Assembly (NCBI GenBank): GCA_030167865.1 | Contig: JALAGF010002628.1 | Coordinates: 1-34,357 of the forward strand | Reading direction: 5' to 3' | DNA length: 34,357 bases | Source: Craspedostauros australis | Lineage: Eukaryota | In this document: positions 32,510-34,357 of the stretch, piece by piece | Layout: each line of letters opens with the position of its first letter | Numbering within the stretch: the first letter of the stretch is position 1 | Program-made: the position numbers and the translations under genes | Notes under the pieces: generated by a model | The model's database searches: none | What the model saw: the letters and a program-made list of their open reading frames with translations, nothing else | What the model was told of the DNA's origin: nothing

Positions 32510-34357
32510 TCAACCTGATGCATCCGTCAACACGGAAACATCATCGTCTTCATGGTCTTCTTCAAGACTATGGCTTTGATGCATCGTGCCGCTATGATCG
32601 TTGGACATGTACGACATGCCGCCCCCTCTCCCGGAAACGCTGCCCTTCGCTGAACCCTGCATCCATTTGGTCTTGTGATCGTTCACATCCACTCCAGCCC
32701 GCCACTCTGATCGTCCATTACGTGACGATGATGCATCAGCCATGGACCCCGTTGTGTTGTGGATGTCAATACCGACAACCCGTTGATGAGCATTCTTGTG
32801 GTCACCACCTTGATGCTGCGCTTCGCCACGCCCATCTCCAATGTCCAAGTACTTGGATCTGCGCTCTTGGATATCTTTGACCTTGACAGAACATCCCCAC
32901 TCTCTGTAGTATTGCACAGCTCGTGTCATGTACTTACGGATTGAGTCGCGGAGAGAGGTCTGCAAAGCGTACATATCCGGGCTGGGCTTGGTGCGAGCGA
33001 CTCTCCCGAGCGCTCGAATGAAGTGTTCGGCAGCCTGCTCGCATGCAATGGCGCAATAATGAGTCAACGATGCCTGCTGGGCCACAACGATGGCCATAGC
33101 GTAGGCGTCTTCTGCGCGGCGGATAGTCCAGAGGTCAGATCCTGTGGCCTTCAGAGAGAGCCTCTCGGCCTTGAGCAACTGCAAGAGGCTCGTTGCATTG
33201 CTTCCCTTGTTGGCGACGAAGGCTCTGGCAAGGCCGATTTGCCGCTTCAGCTCCTTCTTGTGTTTGGCCTTGCCTGTGGCGAGATACAAGGCAGACGAGG
33301 ACAGTCCTTGGGCGAGCATGACGGTCGTGTCGTAGCAATAGTTCTTGGAGTGATCTGGTAAACCATAGTACAGCTTCGTCATTTGCTGTGCGAGTTCGTA
33401 TTTGCGCAAGAGGATGGTCGGCACCAGCAAAGCAGGGTATCTCGCTAGCAACCGATTTGCGTCGCTGCCACGTTTCTTCAGGTCCTGCTGTGTGTGTCCC
33501 TTGATGTCATCCCAATCGATTGGTTGGCCACCCGTCAAGTATTGCGACACCATCAATAATGCCACAGATGCGTCATCGTTCATTTTGATGTTGTAGACTT
33601 GGTATTGCTTGAGGACATTCTCCAGACTTCCCACCAAAGGCTGAAGCTTGCATCCAAAGTAAAACGCCAACACCTTGCTGCATTGAAGGTTCACCAGCCC
33701 CAACTCGAAGTTTCCAGATTCCATCCCAAGGGAATAGCCTTTCTCCAGGCCCTTGATGCATTTGCTATGGGGCTCGCTGCTTACGTAGATCGCTCCAGAT
33801 GTGACCACATGAACCCAGCCAGCCTGTTCCGGCCCGCCTACGATTTGCAAGAGCTTGTGCGAAATACCAGCACACCGCATCACCAAACTTCGATCTTCGC
33901 CGCAGATGTCGAAGATCATTCCCAGTGATGCGAACACCGGTGCAGACTCGGGACTGATCCCGTATCGCATGGTCGTGCGGGTCTGTTTCAGCGCTTGCAC
34001 AAGCCATTGTATTGAATCACCGGTGAGAAAAGATCGGACGCCAATCTCACGGACGAATCGTACTGCCATCAGTATCTTTGGGTCCTGGAGGATGGGCAGA
34101 TTCAGAATGTCCTCGTCCGTGTTGTTCTTGAGGAGGGCCTTCATCCACAGGAAATCATTCGCCACATGGAAAAGGTAAAAGCGTCTTGGGAACACGCCTA
34201 AATTCCGTGCTACCGATAAGCTGACGGAAAGAGACTCTGTCACCTTGTCCTCTCGTCCCAACGCTTGGGCCATGACGAAGTAGGTCGGGAGCTTCTCATC
34301 CAGCGTCCGCGCCTTCTTGATGATGGCATTGCCAATGTTGTGGCCGGTCTCGAAGTT
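32510..34357 (-). CDS. 5'-partial gene: helical/TPR-like region typical of STAND (AAA_16-type) ATPase multi-sensor kinase proteins
   Basis: Frame stays open to the window end (NFETGHNIG...FVMAQ). Motifs YGISPESAPVFASLG, GYSLGMESGN, AYAMAI...AIACEQAAEHF, YMTRAVQYYREWGCSVKV. The ATPase domain itself would lie outside the window. Confidence 0.72.
   Translation of the reverse strand, partial: NFETGHNIGNAIIKKARTLDEKLPTYFVMAQALGREDKVTESLSVSLSVARNLGVFPRRFYLFHVANDFLWMKALLKNNTDEDILNLPILQDPKILMAVRFVREIGVRSFLTGDSIQWLVQALKQTRTTMRYGISPESAPVFASLGMIFDICGEDRSLVMRCAGISHKLLQIVGGPEQAGWVHVVTSGAIYVSSEPHSKCIKGLEKGYSLGMESGNFELGLVNLQCSKVLAFYFGCKLQPLVGSLENVLKQYQVYNIKMNDDASVALLMVSQYLTGGQPIDWDDIKGHTQQDLKKRGSDANRLLARYPALLVPTILLRKYELAQQMTKLYYGLPDHSKNYCYDTTVMLAQGLSSSALYLATGKAKHKKELKRQIGLARAFVANKGSNATSLLQLLKAERLSLKATGSDLWTIRRAEDAYAMAIVVAQQASLTHYCAIACEQAAEHFIRALGRVARTKPSPDMYALQTSLRDSIRKYMTRAVQYYREWGCSVKVKDIQERRSKYLDIGDGRGEAQHQGGDHKNAHQRVVGIDIHNTTGSMADASSSRNGRSEWRAGVDVNDHKTKWMQGSAKGSVSGRGGGMSYMSNDHSGTMHQSHSLEEDHEDDDVSVLTDASG

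Overview
Eukaryotic nuclear DNA, most likely from a diatom or related photosynthetic stramenopile. This is inferred from short GT-AG introns, bipartite signal + 'A-F' plastid-targeting peptides and a CoDi-like Copia element. From left to right the window holds: the 3' part of an intact Ty1/copia retrotransposon (RT-RNase H, PPT, gapped 3' LTR) abutting an orphan gene C-terminus; complex I subunit NDUFB11/ESSS with an intron-split poly-Asp tail; a GtrA-like membrane protein; an RNI-like LRR protein; two convergent thylakoid-lumen (Tat) protein genes (one unknown, one FKBP PPIase); a ~1226-aa cNMP-binding/AGC kinase fusion; an EF-hand membrane protein; a hypothetical protein; a CpG-decayed PIF/Harbinger-type transposase pseudogene followed by a repeat/hairpin-rich non-coding tract; a Ser/Lys/Asp-rich hypothetical protein; a plastid-targeted PPR protein; and the 3' part of a STAND/AAA-ATPase-associated helical protein. 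No rRNA, tRNA or CRISPR was recognised. All calls are by eye and no searches were run.
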